From assembly GCA_964615415.1 (NCBI GenBank), contig CAZTNI010000003.1, positions 143,235 through 207,234 on the forward strand: 64,000 bases of DNA. The letters are read 5' to 3'. The DNA is from an uncultured Candidatus Saccharibacteria bacterium (GTDB lineage Bacteria; Patescibacteriota; Minisyncoccia; Phycocordibacterales; SBAW01). Each line of letters begins with the position of its first letter. Position 1 is the first letter of the stretch. A program made the translations under genes and the position numbers. Shown here piece after piece: positions 8,888 to 17,916 of this stretch. The notes under the pieces were generated by a model. That model did no database searches and had not been told where the DNA came from. It saw only the letters and a list, made by a program, of their open reading frames with translations.

Positions 8888-10054
8888 ATGCGATTGAGAG
8901 TCTTTCAAGGGGGTGCCGAAGAGAAAAAGGAGGTGGGAGTGCCTGCGGAAGAATTTTTTTCAATCGTCGAACTTATTAATTCCTGGATTGTGGAGGCGAC
9001 CAAGCTCCATGCGTCAGATATACATATAGCCCCGAGTCAGAGCGGGGTACGTGTACGTATGCGTGTTGACGGTGTGTTGCAGGATTTCTTGCATATTTCG
9101 TCTGCCGCGCACGCGGAACTTATTTCCCGTATCAAAATTCTTGCCGGATTACGTACAGACGAGCATCAAGCAGCGCAAGACGGCCGCTTTCGCTTCGAAT
9201 TTCCCGAAGGGAGTGGTTATGTAGATGTGCGCGTGTCTATTGTGCCGGCATACTATGGGGAACACGCGGTGCTGCGCCTCCTTGCAGACACTGCTGAGCA
9301 GTTTACCCTTACGTCATTAGGATTTTCTGAAGCTGATCAACATAAGATTGTGCAGGCACTTAAACGCTCGCACGGCATGATCCTCTCTACAGGGCCTACA
9401 GGCTCAGGTAAAACGACGACGCTGTACACCCTTTTAAAAATGCTCAACAAGAAAGAGGTCTCGATCGTTACTATTGAAGACCCGGTCGAGTACGCGATCG
9501 ATGGTATAGAACAGATACAAGTGAATCCGCGTACGGGTCTTACTTTTGCGCACGGGCTGCGCTCCATTTTGCGCCAAGACCCAAACATCATCATGGTGGG
9601 TGAGATACGCGATGCGGAGACTGCGGGCATTGCCGTAAACACTGCCTTGACCGGACACCTCTTGCTTTCCACCTTGCACACCAACGATGCTGCGACGACG
9701 CTGCCACGCCTCCTTGATATGGGCATCGACCCGTACCGCGTGGCCTCTACGGTTGCAGTTGCTATTGGACAGCGGTTGGTGCGCACACTCTGTACCCACT
9801 GCAAGCGCGGGAAGGAAAGGGGGACGGGATGTAATGAGTGTGCGGGGAGTGGCTACAAGGGACGTACCACTATTAACGAGGTGTTAGTTGCGGATGACCA
9901 TATCCGCGACGCCATTTTACGCAAAGCTTCGGCTGCAGAGATCCGCACGCTCGCTATGAAGCAGGGTATGACCACGATGCAGGAAGATGGGTTTAGGAAA
10001 GCAGAAGCCGGTGTGACATCTAAGGAAGAAGTCATGCGCGTTATCCATGAATAG
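8888..10054 (+). CDS. GspE/PilB family assembly ATPase
   Basis: ASDIHI, GPTGSGKTTT, TIEDPVE, LRQDPNIIMVGEIRD, STLHTND. Confidence 0.93.
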   Translation: MRLRVFQGGAEEKKEVGVPAEEFFSIVELINSWIVEATKLHASDIHIAPSQSGVRVRMRVDGVLQDFLHISSAAHAELISRIKILAGLRTDEHQAAQDGRFRFEFPEGSGYVDVRVSIVPAYYGEHAVLRLLADTAEQFTLTSLGFSEADQHKIVQALKRSHGMILSTGPTGSGKTTTLYTLLKMLNKKEVSIVTIEDPVEYAIDGIEQIQVNPRTGLTFAHGLRSILRQDPNIIMVGEIRDAETAGIAVNTALTGHLLLSTLHTNDAATTLPRLLDMGIDPYRVASTVAVAIGQRLVRTLCTHCKRGKERGTGCNECAGSGYKGRTTINEVLVADDHIRDAILRKASAAEIRTLAMKQGMTTMQEDGFRKAEAGVTSKEEVMRVIHE

Positions 10055-11090
10055 ACTAAAAGAACAAGTTACGTTTTTTAAACGCCTCGCGTTCTTGCTC
10101 AACGCAGGGATTCCTCTCGTCTCGAGTTTGCATATGCTAACCGAGCAAACGCGTGCAAAAAAAGTGCGCACGAAGCTTAACGAAATTACCACCGCTGTTG
10201 CACGTGGCCAATCGTTTTCAAAAAGTTTAGGCGCATACCCACGAGTGTTCTCTCCGTTTGTGCTCCATATTATTGCGATAGGCGAGCAGAGCGGCACCTT
10301 GGGAGAAAATTTACTCTATTTGTCTGACGAGTTGCGCAAGCGGCAGGTGTTGCGACGCAAAATTATTGGTGCCTCTGTCTATCCGCTCCTCATTACACTC
10401 GCGACACTCGGCATTACTGCGTTTTTGATGCTGTATTTGTTTCCAAAGATAATGCCGATCTTCACGTCGCTCCACATCGACCTTCCGTTTACGACCAAAG
10501 TGGTGATGGGAACAAGCATTCTGCTGCGCGACTGGGGCTTGGTGCTCTTTGTATGCGTCGCGGTGCTGGTGACACTGCTGGTGGTGCTGCATAAAAAGTG
10601 GGAGAAGTTTAGAACACTTGTGGATGCGGCGCTCCTGCGCGTGCCGGTCGTGGGTGGAGCAGTGCGACACTATAACCTTGCGATGGGTGCGCGCACGCTC
10701 GGGCTTTTGCTGAAAAGCGGTGTGCCGCTCTCGCAAGCGCTGCCTATCACTGCGCAAACAACTGAGCACAAAGGTTACAAAGCGCAGTATGTACTGCTTG
10801 CAGAAGCAGTATGCCGAGGAGAAAAAATTTCTACGCACTTGGTACGCAACACCACACTCTTTCCAAATATGTTTTCTTCTTTAACTGCAGTAGGAGAGAG
10901 TAGCGGGTCGCTCGCGGAGTCGCTCATGTATTTGTCGGGACTGTACGAAAGCGAAGTGGATGATTTTACAAAAAACCTCGCCACTATTTTAGAGCCTGTT
11001 CTTATGATTACGATGGGTCTTATTGTGGGACTCATTGCTATTTCAATAATCACGCCGATTTATGGCATCACCCAAAATCTCCATAATTAG
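10047..11090 (+). CDS. GspF/PilC family inner membrane platform protein
   Basis: Two T2SSF repeats (LLNAGIPL...GEQSGTL; LLKSGVPL...GESSGSL), EPVL motif. Confidence 0.92.
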   Translation: MNRLKEQVTFFKRLAFLLNAGIPLVSSLHMLTEQTRAKKVRTKLNEITTAVARGQSFSKSLGAYPRVFSPFVLHIIAIGEQSGTLGENLLYLSDELRKRQVLRRKIIGASVYPLLITLATLGITAFLMLYLFPKIMPIFTSLHIDLPFTTKVVMGTSILLRDWGLVLFVCVAVLVTLLVVLHKKWEKFRTLVDAALLRVPVVGGAVRHYNLAMGARTLGLLLKSGVPLSQALPITAQTTEHKGYKAQYVLLAEAVCRGEKISTHLVRNTTLFPNMFSSLTAVGESSGSLAESLMYLSGLYESEVDDFTKNLATILEPVLMITMGLIVGLIAISIITPIYGITQNLHN

Positions 11091-11568
11091 AGCCACAAAA
11101 CAGGGGCTTACGCTCATTGAGGTGCTTATATCGATCGGCATCCTTTCTATTGTTGGAGGCGTTGCGCTGTATTTTAGTTTAGATGATACTCGTGCCTACA
11201 CCTTCCGCGATGACCGCGACAAAATCGTCTCGGTGTTAGAGCGGGCGCGGGCGCAGTCGATGCATGGTGTCTGTCGAAGCGACGACTGCGAAGAGCCTGC
11301 AGCGCATGGCGTGTATCGCGCCGATACCACACTTGTGTTGTTTGAAGGTGAGTCGTATGTAATGCGCGCGGAAGCGTTTGATGAAATTATAGAACTTCAT
11401 AGCGGCGCAGCAGTACTCGCTGGCGCAGAAGAAATTATTTTCGCGCCGCTTTCGGGACGAGTCACCACAACTCCGCCCGGCGAGTGGTCCATAGATATCA
11501 CAGATGGTATAGGACGAGGATCAACTATCACCACAAATAGCGAAGGGCGTATTTTTTGGACGAACTAA
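11062..11568 (+). CDS. Type IV minor pilin/pseudopilin
   Basis: Prepilin cleavage motif KQG-LTLIEVL followed by a hydrophobic helix. Confidence 0.85.
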   Translation: MASPKISIIRATKQGLTLIEVLISIGILSIVGGVALYFSLDDTRAYTFRDDRDKIVSVLERARAQSMHGVCRSDDCEEPAAHGVYRADTTLVLFEGESYVMRAEAFDEIIELHSGAAVLAGAEEIIFAPLSGRVTTTPPGEWSIDITDGIGRGSTITTNSEGRIFWTN

Positions 11569-11572
11569 ACTC

Positions 11573-13117
11573 ATGCAGCGCGGATTTTCAACAATGGAAT
11601 TAATGGTCGCGCTCGCGATCCTTTCGCTTTCGATGGGAGCGGCGCTTGTATTAGGCTTAGGACAAACGTCTGGATCAGACAGTGAGTCTGCGCGCGAAGC
11701 GCTGCTTGCGGCGCGTGCGGTCGTAGAGGAGTTGCGACAAAAAGGCGAGAGTGATTTCCGCACGCTCCACGCAACGTCGAGCTCGTATACATTCGGCAGC
11801 ACGACGTACAGTGTTGTTGCTGAGGTGACGCAAGAAAATTTTTTTACAAAAACCGTACAGGCGGTCGTGTTGTGGGGCGCAACGTTCGGCAGAACACTTT
11901 CTATAGATATTCCTTTTATTGTCACTGACAAGGATCATGCTGTCGGTGGCAATACGTGTTACTCGGAGGTCGACACGGCTCTGTGGAAATCTCCGACCAT
12001 TAAAAATACAGAAAAAGAGTTTGCAAAATTAGTGTTTGACCACAGTGGCGTGTATACGCTTGCAGCGGTTGATGCATATAAAGACGTGCTGTATGTCGGC
12101 GTGGGTAGTACGGGAGAAAAAGCTGACCCAACGGTTTTTATTCTTAATCCCGAGACAAAAAATCCCGCATTTCTAGGAGCTGTCGATACATCTACCTCGA
12201 CCGTTAGCGGAGTTGCAGCTATTCGTGTTGCGGAAGATGTGGCAACTAATAAGCGCTACGCATATGTCGCCAACAACTACACGGCAAATTTCTCAACATG
12301 TTCGCAGTACTACAACTGTGCGCAACTGCAGATTATCGATGTAACAAATCCGCAATCCGTCGCTCTTTCGTCAGTGCGTAACTATAAAGTGCCCGGAGTT
12401 ACTGGTTCGCAAGGTGCGGGGAAGTCGCTTGCGTATGATCGTGGATACGTGTATCTGGGGCTCTCTGGCACTGGCAACAAGGGGCCAGAATTTCATGTGG
12501 TAGATGTACGCGTACCCGAGCAGCCGCAGTTTGTTGGGTCGTATGCGGTCGGCAGTGGTGTGGGCGCTATATACGTACGCGGATCATATGCGTATCTTGC
12601 GACAGATAATCTTTCAAAAGAGGTACTGGTGCTCGATATAAGTGACAAAACCAATCCGCGGCTAGTGGGGAGTTACAACGCAATGTCTGATGTAACCAAC
12701 TTTGGGTATGGGAAAGCACTTGATGTTGTGGGGGATACGCTCTACTTAGGAAGAACGTTCATAAGCAATGCGCCTGAGTTACAACTTATACATATTTCAC
12801 AACCTTCAATAATTCCTCCTCCGCCTATAGGAACACGCGATGTGGGGCCAAACTCTGCAAACCCATTTAGCCTTAACGGTATCCTCGTGCGCGACACACT
12901 ACTGTTTGCAGCGCTTGGGAGTGGCACGAAAGGCGGCAGCTTTCAAATTTTTTCTATTAAGAATCCTTCTGCAATACAATCGCATGCAGTGGTGTCGCTG
13001 CCTTCGGGAGGCAACGGTACCGGTGCGCAAGCGCTCGACTGCGAAGGCAATACGTTTTACGTTGTCTCAAACGATGTAAACAAGAAAGGTTATCTCTCCG
13101 TAATTACAACACCATGA
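11573..13117 (+). CDS. Large pilin-like protein with LVIVD-repeat beta-propeller
   Basis: RG-FSTMELMV N-terminus; repeats LQIIDVTNP, FHVVDVRVP, VLVLDISDKTNP. Confidence 0.8.
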   Translation: MQRGFSTMELMVALAILSLSMGAALVLGLGQTSGSDSESAREALLAARAVVEELRQKGESDFRTLHATSSSYTFGSTTYSVVAEVTQENFFTKTVQAVVLWGATFGRTLSIDIPFIVTDKDHAVGGNTCYSEVDTALWKSPTIKNTEKEFAKLVFDHSGVYTLAAVDAYKDVLYVGVGSTGEKADPTVFILNPETKNPAFLGAVDTSTSTVSGVAAIRVAEDVATNKRYAYVANNYTANFSTCSQYYNCAQLQIIDVTNPQSVALSSVRNYKVPGVTGSQGAGKSLAYDRGYVYLGLSGTGNKGPEFHVVDVRVPEQPQFVGSYAVGSGVGAIYVRGSYAYLATDNLSKEVLVLDISDKTNPRLVGSYNAMSDVTNFGYGKALDVVGDTLYLGRTFISNAPELQLIHISQPSIIPPPPIGTRDVGPNSANPFSLNGILVRDTLLFAALGSGTKGGSFQIFSIKNPSAIQSHAVVSLPSGGNGTGAQALDCEGNTFYVVSNDVNKKGYLSVITTP

Positions 13118-13479
13118 ACAAGCGAGGGATTACATTAATCGAGACACTTATCTATATAGCGCTCTTTGCGCTGCTTATCGGCGGCGGTGTTTCGTCTGCA
13201 TATACGTTAATAGAGTCGAGCGATAAAATCGGCGTGCGGGCGATGATGGAAGAAGAGGGTAACTTTTTGTTAGCAAAAATTGCATGGGTACTTGAAGAGG
13301 GGATGCAGGCGGAAGTTGTAGATGGAGAGATGATACTAAACGGAGTAGTGCTGTCGAATATAAATGTAGAAGTGCAAGATTTTATACTCACGTCGGAGGA
13401 ATATTCTTTTACGCTTCTTTCGCGTACAGGAGGGGGACAGGAACTCAAAGAAACTTTTAGAAATACAAGATATGAATAA
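13114..13479 (+). CDS. Type IV minor pilin
   Basis: KRG-ITLIETLIY motif. Confidence 0.85.
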   Translation: MNKRGITLIETLIYIALFALLIGGGVSSAYTLIESSDKIGVRAMMEEEGNFLLAKIAWVLEEGMQAEVVDGEMILNGVVLSNINVEVQDFILTSEEYSFTLLSRTGGGQELKETFRNTRYE

Positions 13480-13783
13480 TAAAGGATTCATAGCGCTTAT
13501 TGCGTCGGTGCTCATATCAGTAGTACTCCTTGGACTTTCGAGTACGGTAGGTATGGTGAGTTGGTATGCCCGCCTTGGGGTGGCAGAAGCAGAAGACTAC
13601 CAACTCGCAAAAATACTAGCGCAGTCGTGTGTAGAAGTGGTGGAGCTGCGCCTGGCAGAGAATCCGCACTACGCACAAACTCCCGGCGAAGAAGTTTCTC
13701 TAGGCGAACAAACGTGCACAATTGTCTCGGTGCAACCGATAATTGTTCGAGCGAAAGTAGGTCATTCTATATATACTAAATAA
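13472..13783 (+). CDS. PilX-like minor pilin
   Basis: KG-FIALIASVL N-terminus lacking Glu5, typical of PilX/GspK-type pilins. Confidence 0.7.
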   Translation: MNNKGFIALIASVLISVVLLGLSSTVGMVSWYARLGVAEAEDYQLAKILAQSCVEVVELRLAENPHYAQTPGEEVSLGEQTCTIVSVQPIIVRAKVGHSIYTK

Positions 13784-14449
13784 ATGGAGGTCAAAATTAA
13801 CGAGTCCTGGAAGAAGCATTTGGAGGGGGAGTTTGAGCAACCTTACTTTAAGGAGCTCGCTACATTTGTTAAAGAAGAATACAAAAACGAGGCGGTGTAC
13901 CCGCCGCCAAAGTTTATGTTCCGTGCGTTTGACTTAACACCTTTTGAAAAAGTAGAAGTAGTTATTTTGGGGCAAGACCCATACCATGGTCCGAAGCAGG
14001 CAAATGGCCTCTGTTTCGCGGTGAATGATGGTGTAACGCTACCTCCGTCGCTTAAAAATATATATAAAGAAATTGAAGCAGAATTTGGAAAGCCAGTGAC
14101 ACTAAACGGCGACCTTTCGCGCTGGGCAACACAAGGTGTGTTGCTTTTAAATGCAACGCTCACTGTGCGTGCACACTTGGCCGGTAGCCACCAAGGCAAG
14201 GGGTGGGAGCAATTTACCGACGCAGCAGTGCGCGCACTTTCAAACGAACGGGAGCATTTGGTATTTATGCTCTGGGGTAACTATGCAAAACAAAAAGGCG
14301 CACACATCGACCGCAGTAAACATTTAGTTTTAGAATCCGCGCACCCGTCGCCATTTTCTGCCTACAACGGCTTCTTTGGTAACAACCACTTCAAAAAAGC
14401 GAACGAGTATTTAGTTGAACACAACAAAAAACCAATCGATTGGTCGTGA
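13784..14449 (+). CDS. ung: Uracil-DNA glycosylase
   Basis: GQDPYH, GVLLLN and HPSP motifs. Confidence 0.97.
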   Translation: MEVKINESWKKHLEGEFEQPYFKELATFVKEEYKNEAVYPPPKFMFRAFDLTPFEKVEVVILGQDPYHGPKQANGLCFAVNDGVTLPPSLKNIYKEIEAEFGKPVTLNGDLSRWATQGVLLLNATLTVRAHLAGSHQGKGWEQFTDAAVRALSNEREHLVFMLWGNYAKQKGAHIDRSKHLVLESAHPSPFSAYNGFFGNNHFKKANEYLVEHNKKPIDWS

Positions 14450-14472
14450 AAGATATAAACGTGGAATGACGT

Positions 14473-14507
14473 AAAGAAAAGCCGCAGCAGCTTTTGGCTA
14501 CTGCGGC
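14473..14507 (-). terminator. Intrinsic terminator
   Basis: Minus strand GCCGCAGTAGCC-AAAA-GCTGCTGCGGC followed by TTTTCTTT. Confidence 0.8.
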
Positions 14508-14890
14508 AGAAATTACGGGAGACGCGTACATTAGACGCCCATGCTCGGACTCGCTTTCGCTTTGCCTACACCTATCGGCTTAAGCTTGCACGCAAGATTT
14601 CCCCCTGGTGAAGAGACCTTAGGCTTGGAAGTAATGATTTTAAGCGCGAGCATGTGCTCTCATTACTCCCGTTTTCCAGTTGGGCCCGTCGAGGCTTTCC
14701 TGTACTTACTTCTGCTCTCTGTGCTTTTACAGATACGGGGCTGTTTACCCACTATGGCTTCGCTATCTGCGAATTCTCTCAAGCGCGAGAACCTAAGATG
14801 GACGCCCGGAGGAGTCCATAGCCTGGTCCGGTTTCGGTTACGACGCCAACTCCCGGAGTCTCAATTGATGTTCTGTCCCTTCACGTCCGA
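14473..14890 (-). ncRNA. Putative structured ncRNA containing 23S rRNA-like modules
   Basis: Promoter-like TTGTAG-16-TATGTT (14922-14895); many stems; 23S H27-H31-like block at 14524-14593; terminator at 14473-14507. Confidence 0.7.
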
Positions 14891-14950
14891 CGTAAACATA
14901 TCACACCTGATGGTTTCTACAATACAACAAAAAAGAGGTAAGAAAGAATT

Positions 14951-16942
14951 TTACCAAATCTTGGAGCGGAGTTTTGGTTCTCTGTAGAGTTTGTCACCTG
15001 GCTGCACGTTGAAGACTTTGTAAAACGGTTCGAAATTGGCGAGCGGGCCATTGATGCGGAATTCGGCAGGCGAGTGTGGGTCGGTAAGTACTTGCGTCTT
15101 TGCAAATTCTGGCCGCGACAGTTCGCGTTCTTGCTGGGCGAAGCCGAAGAAAAATCGCTGCTCCGGCGTAAAGCCGTTAATGTCTTTGCGGCCAGTTTTT
15201 TTGAGATGTGTTTGGTATGCATCCCAGGCAATAACGAGGCCGCCTAAGTCTGCAATATTTTCTCCGAGCGTGAGTTTGCCGTTTACTGCAACATCGTCAG
15301 CTACTTTGTAAGAGTCGTACTGTTTGGCGAGCATTTCACCTTTTTGCTCGAACTGTTTTTTGTCCTGAGCAGTCCACCAGTCATTTAAGTTGCCTGCGCC
15401 GTCAAATTTTGCACCTTGGTCATCAAAGGCGTGGGTCAGTTCGTGGCCAATAATTGATCCAATAGCACCGTAGTTAACCGCATCATCCCCGGTAAAATCA
15501 AAGATGGGAGCCTGGAGAATAGCAGCAGGGAAGAGAATTTCATTCATGCTTGGGCTAAACCAAGCATTGACGATTTGAGGAGAAGCAAACCATTCTTCTC
15601 GATCGATTGTTTTACCTAGTTTGTTCATTTGCCGTTGATGTTCATACTCTGCAGCACGAAGAATATTCTCAAAATAATTATTTGAGCCAATCGTTAGGCC
15701 TTTATATATATTCCACTTGTCTGGGTAACCAACCTTGCGGCTAATTTTGGACAGCTTTGAGACAGCTTTCTTTTTTGTTGTGGGTGTCATCCAATCAAGC
15801 TTTTTGATGCGCTCTTTATATGCGATAAAAAGATCATCAATCAGCGCGTTCATTTTTTTCTTTGCACCAGGAGGGAAGTGTTTTTTAACGTAGAGTTGTC
15901 CTAACGCGTGGCCCAGGGTTCCATTCACCACCGAAAGTATGCGGCGCCAGTCCGGTTTCATTTTTTTCGTACCGGAAAGCGTTTTGCTGTAGTACTCGAA
16001 GTTTGCCTGCGTAAACGCTTTGGTAAGAAACGGAGCCGCGTCGTCGGTTAGGTGCCACTCCAGGTAAATTTTCCACTCTTCGAGCGAGAGCGTGTTAATA
16101 AGCTTCTCTGCAGCTTTAATAAAATTCGGCTGACAAACAATGTAGTACGGGCGGAGCGGAATATGTGCGGTAGCAAAGTACGCTTTCCAGTCGATAGACG
16201 GAATTTCTTTCTGTAATTCTTTGAATGTTTTCTTGTGGTAGATTTTTTCCGAGTCGCGCGTGTCTACTTTGTCCATCGACGCCTCCGCTAACTTTTTTTC
16301 GATAGCAAGGACGACCGCAGCCTTCTGCTCCGCTTCTTCGTGCGAGTATCCAAGCAACTTAAATATAGTAAGGAGGTGGCGCGCGTAGGCTTCTTTTACG
16401 CGCAGGAACTCCGGCTCCTCTTTAAGATAGTAGTCGCGGTCCGGCATACCCAAACCACTTTGGAAGAAGTGGAGCGCATACTGTTTGCTGTTTTTAGAAT
16501 CTTGGTCGACAAAGAGTCCCCACGGCACACCGATCCCTATGTACTGAAAGTGGGCGAGCGTGTGGAGTAAATCTTTTGTTGAAGCAATGTCCGCAACTTC
16601 TTTGCGTAGTGCGGCAATAGGGGTAAGCCCTAGCTTCTCGCGGGTTTTGAGGTCCATGCCGGAGCGGAATAAATCAGCGACAAGCTGCTCACTCGATCCT
16701 TTTTTGTGCGTTTTCTTTTCCGTCAGGTCTTCAACAATAGCCTTGAGTTGGTGCTCGGTTTCGTAACGCAAAGCAATAAAGCTGCCCCAGCGTGCCTCGG
16801 TGTCCGGAATCTTATTCTTTTTGAGCCAATTGCCGTTCGCGTAGAGGTAGAAGTCGTCCTGCGGCCGAACTGTTTTGTCGATCGTCTTTGTATCAAAGCC
16901 CCAGTGTTGCATAGTCTGTTTCGCCATAGAGCGATTATACAT
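14951..16942 (-). CDS. M13 family metalloendopeptidase (PepO-like)
   Basis: QDDFYLYANG, VNAW, HELTH, GENIADLGG, DPHSP; the start may be 16927. Confidence 0.95.
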   Translation of the reverse strand: MYNRSMAKQTMQHWGFDTKTIDKTVRPQDDFYLYANGNWLKKNKIPDTEARWGSFIALRYETEHQLKAIVEDLTEKKTHKKGSSEQLVADLFRSGMDLKTREKLGLTPIAALRKEVADIASTKDLLHTLAHFQYIGIGVPWGLFVDQDSKNSKQYALHFFQSGLGMPDRDYYLKEEPEFLRVKEAYARHLLTIFKLLGYSHEEAEQKAAVVLAIEKKLAEASMDKVDTRDSEKIYHKKTFKELQKEIPSIDWKAYFATAHIPLRPYYIVCQPNFIKAAEKLINTLSLEEWKIYLEWHLTDDAAPFLTKAFTQANFEYYSKTLSGTKKMKPDWRRILSVVNGTLGHALGQLYVKKHFPPGAKKKMNALIDDLFIAYKERIKKLDWMTPTTKKKAVSKLSKISRKVGYPDKWNIYKGLTIGSNNYFENILRAAEYEHQRQMNKLGKTIDREEWFASPQIVNAWFSPSMNEILFPAAILQAPIFDFTGDDAVNYGAIGSIIGHELTHAFDDQGAKFDGAGNLNDWWTAQDKKQFEQKGEMLAKQYDSYKVADDVAVNGKLTLGENIADLGGLVIAWDAYQTHLKKTGRKDINGFTPEQRFFFGFAQQERELSRPEFAKTQVLTDPHSPAEFRINGPLANFEPFYKVFNVQPGDKLYREPKLRSKIW

Positions 16943-16969
16943 ATCCTCACCAAAACGGCCTAGAGATCA

Positions 16970-16998
16970 TTGACAATAATTTAAATGTGGGGTATTTT
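16970..16998 (+). promoter_or_regulatory. Sigma70-like promoter
   Basis: TTGACA-17-TATTTT upstream of 17043. Confidence 0.6.
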
Positions 16999-17042
16999 AA
17001 CTACCAGTAGACCTTCACACTCACTCATAAGGAAACATACGC

Positions 17043-17708
17043 ATGCCTCCTCTTAAGGATGTACGTGTCGAAATAAAAGTGCGCAACAATCTCTTGCTTT
17101 CAGCGATGGAAGCGCGAGGTATTAGTTCGCTCGGCCAGCTTGCACGCATGGTGGGGCCAGGCTCGTACTCTGCTCTTTGTGCCATGGCAGCCATGAAAAG
17201 ACCCGCCCGTCTCAAAAATGGCGAGTGGCGTAAGCTCGCACTGCAGGTCGCAAATGTGCTGCAGTGCATGCCTGAAGACCTCTTTAGCGAACCGCAGCAG
17301 TGGGATAAGTTGGAGAAGAATCGTGCTAAAGCGGAGATCTCCTTCGCGGAAATCCAACAGCTTGCTGCGCCTCGCGGCTCTGTCTCGACGCCAGAAGTGC
17401 AACTGGTCGCAACCGAGCTTCGCAACCAGATCCACAAAGCGCTTGCCTCGCTTACACCGCGAGAGGAGTTTGTGATCCGCGCACGCTTTGGTTTCGTGGA
17501 CGGGACAGAGCATACCTTTGAGCAGATTGGTGCTCGACTCGGTTTCGGCATCGAGCGAGCGAGACAAATCGAGGCTAAGGCGCTGCGTAAACTGATGCAT
17601 CCTGCACGGTCAAAACATTTACTCGCAGCAGGAGCTGGTGACTTCACACCCGAAGATTCCTGGCAGCGGCGTGTGAAGTTTGACCCCGAGGTGCTCGAAG
17701 CACTGTAA
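17043..17708 (+). CDS. XRE-like HTH plus sigma70 region 4 domain protein
   Basis: C-terminal LTPREEFVIRARFG...TFEQIG...ERARQIEAKALRKLMHPARS resembles RpoD region 4; no region 2 seen; N-terminal ...QVANVLQCMPEDLF is XRE-like. Confidence 0.8.
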   Translation: MPPLKDVRVEIKVRNNLLLSAMEARGISSLGQLARMVGPGSYSALCAMAAMKRPARLKNGEWRKLALQVANVLQCMPEDLFSEPQQWDKLEKNRAKAEISFAEIQQLAAPRGSVSTPEVQLVATELRNQIHKALASLTPREEFVIRARFGFVDGTEHTFEQIGARLGFGIERARQIEAKALRKLMHPARSKHLLAAGAGDFTPEDSWQRRVKFDPEVLEAL

Positions 17709-17716
17709 CTGTGTAC

Positions 17717-17754
17717 CAGGGACCGCTCTCAAGCGGTCCTTTTTCTTTTGGCCT
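17717..17754 (+). terminator. Intrinsic terminator, repeat copy 1
   Basis: GGACCGCT...AGCGGTCC plus T tract; 33/38 identical to 19069-19106. Confidence 0.8.
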
Positions 17755-17916
17755 CGTAGAGCTTGACAAGGCTTATTTTATACTATATAAGTATACATTA
17801 GCTTGTTCCTCGGAAATCAGACCTTACTTGCACTCAGGAGTTCCTAGCTCCGCTATGATCCTCTGCTGAACAAGCTCGTCTACTAAACCCGCCAAACCAT
17901 GGGAGATTTGGCACCA

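Noticed and set aside
14473-14890. RNase P RNA, tmRNA or self-splicing intron as the identity of this RNA
   Set aside because: AGGAAAGCCTC only loosely resembles RNase P GAGGAAAGUCC and the matching 3' P4 strand was not found. There is no tRNA-like acceptor/T-arm or tag frame, no group II domain V, and no interrupted host gene. Not formally excluded without cmscan.
14541-14987. 148-aa plus-strand ORF in the ung-peptidase gap
   Set aside because: No SD or motif, and it overlaps the M13 peptidase end. Promoter, terminator and rRNA-like blocks all point to a minus-strand RNA.
17799-17820. TAGCTTGTTCCTCGGAAATC as another 23S-derived fragment
   Set aside because: The resemblance to 23S TAGCTGGTTCTCC..GAAA is too short and gapped to distinguish from chance.
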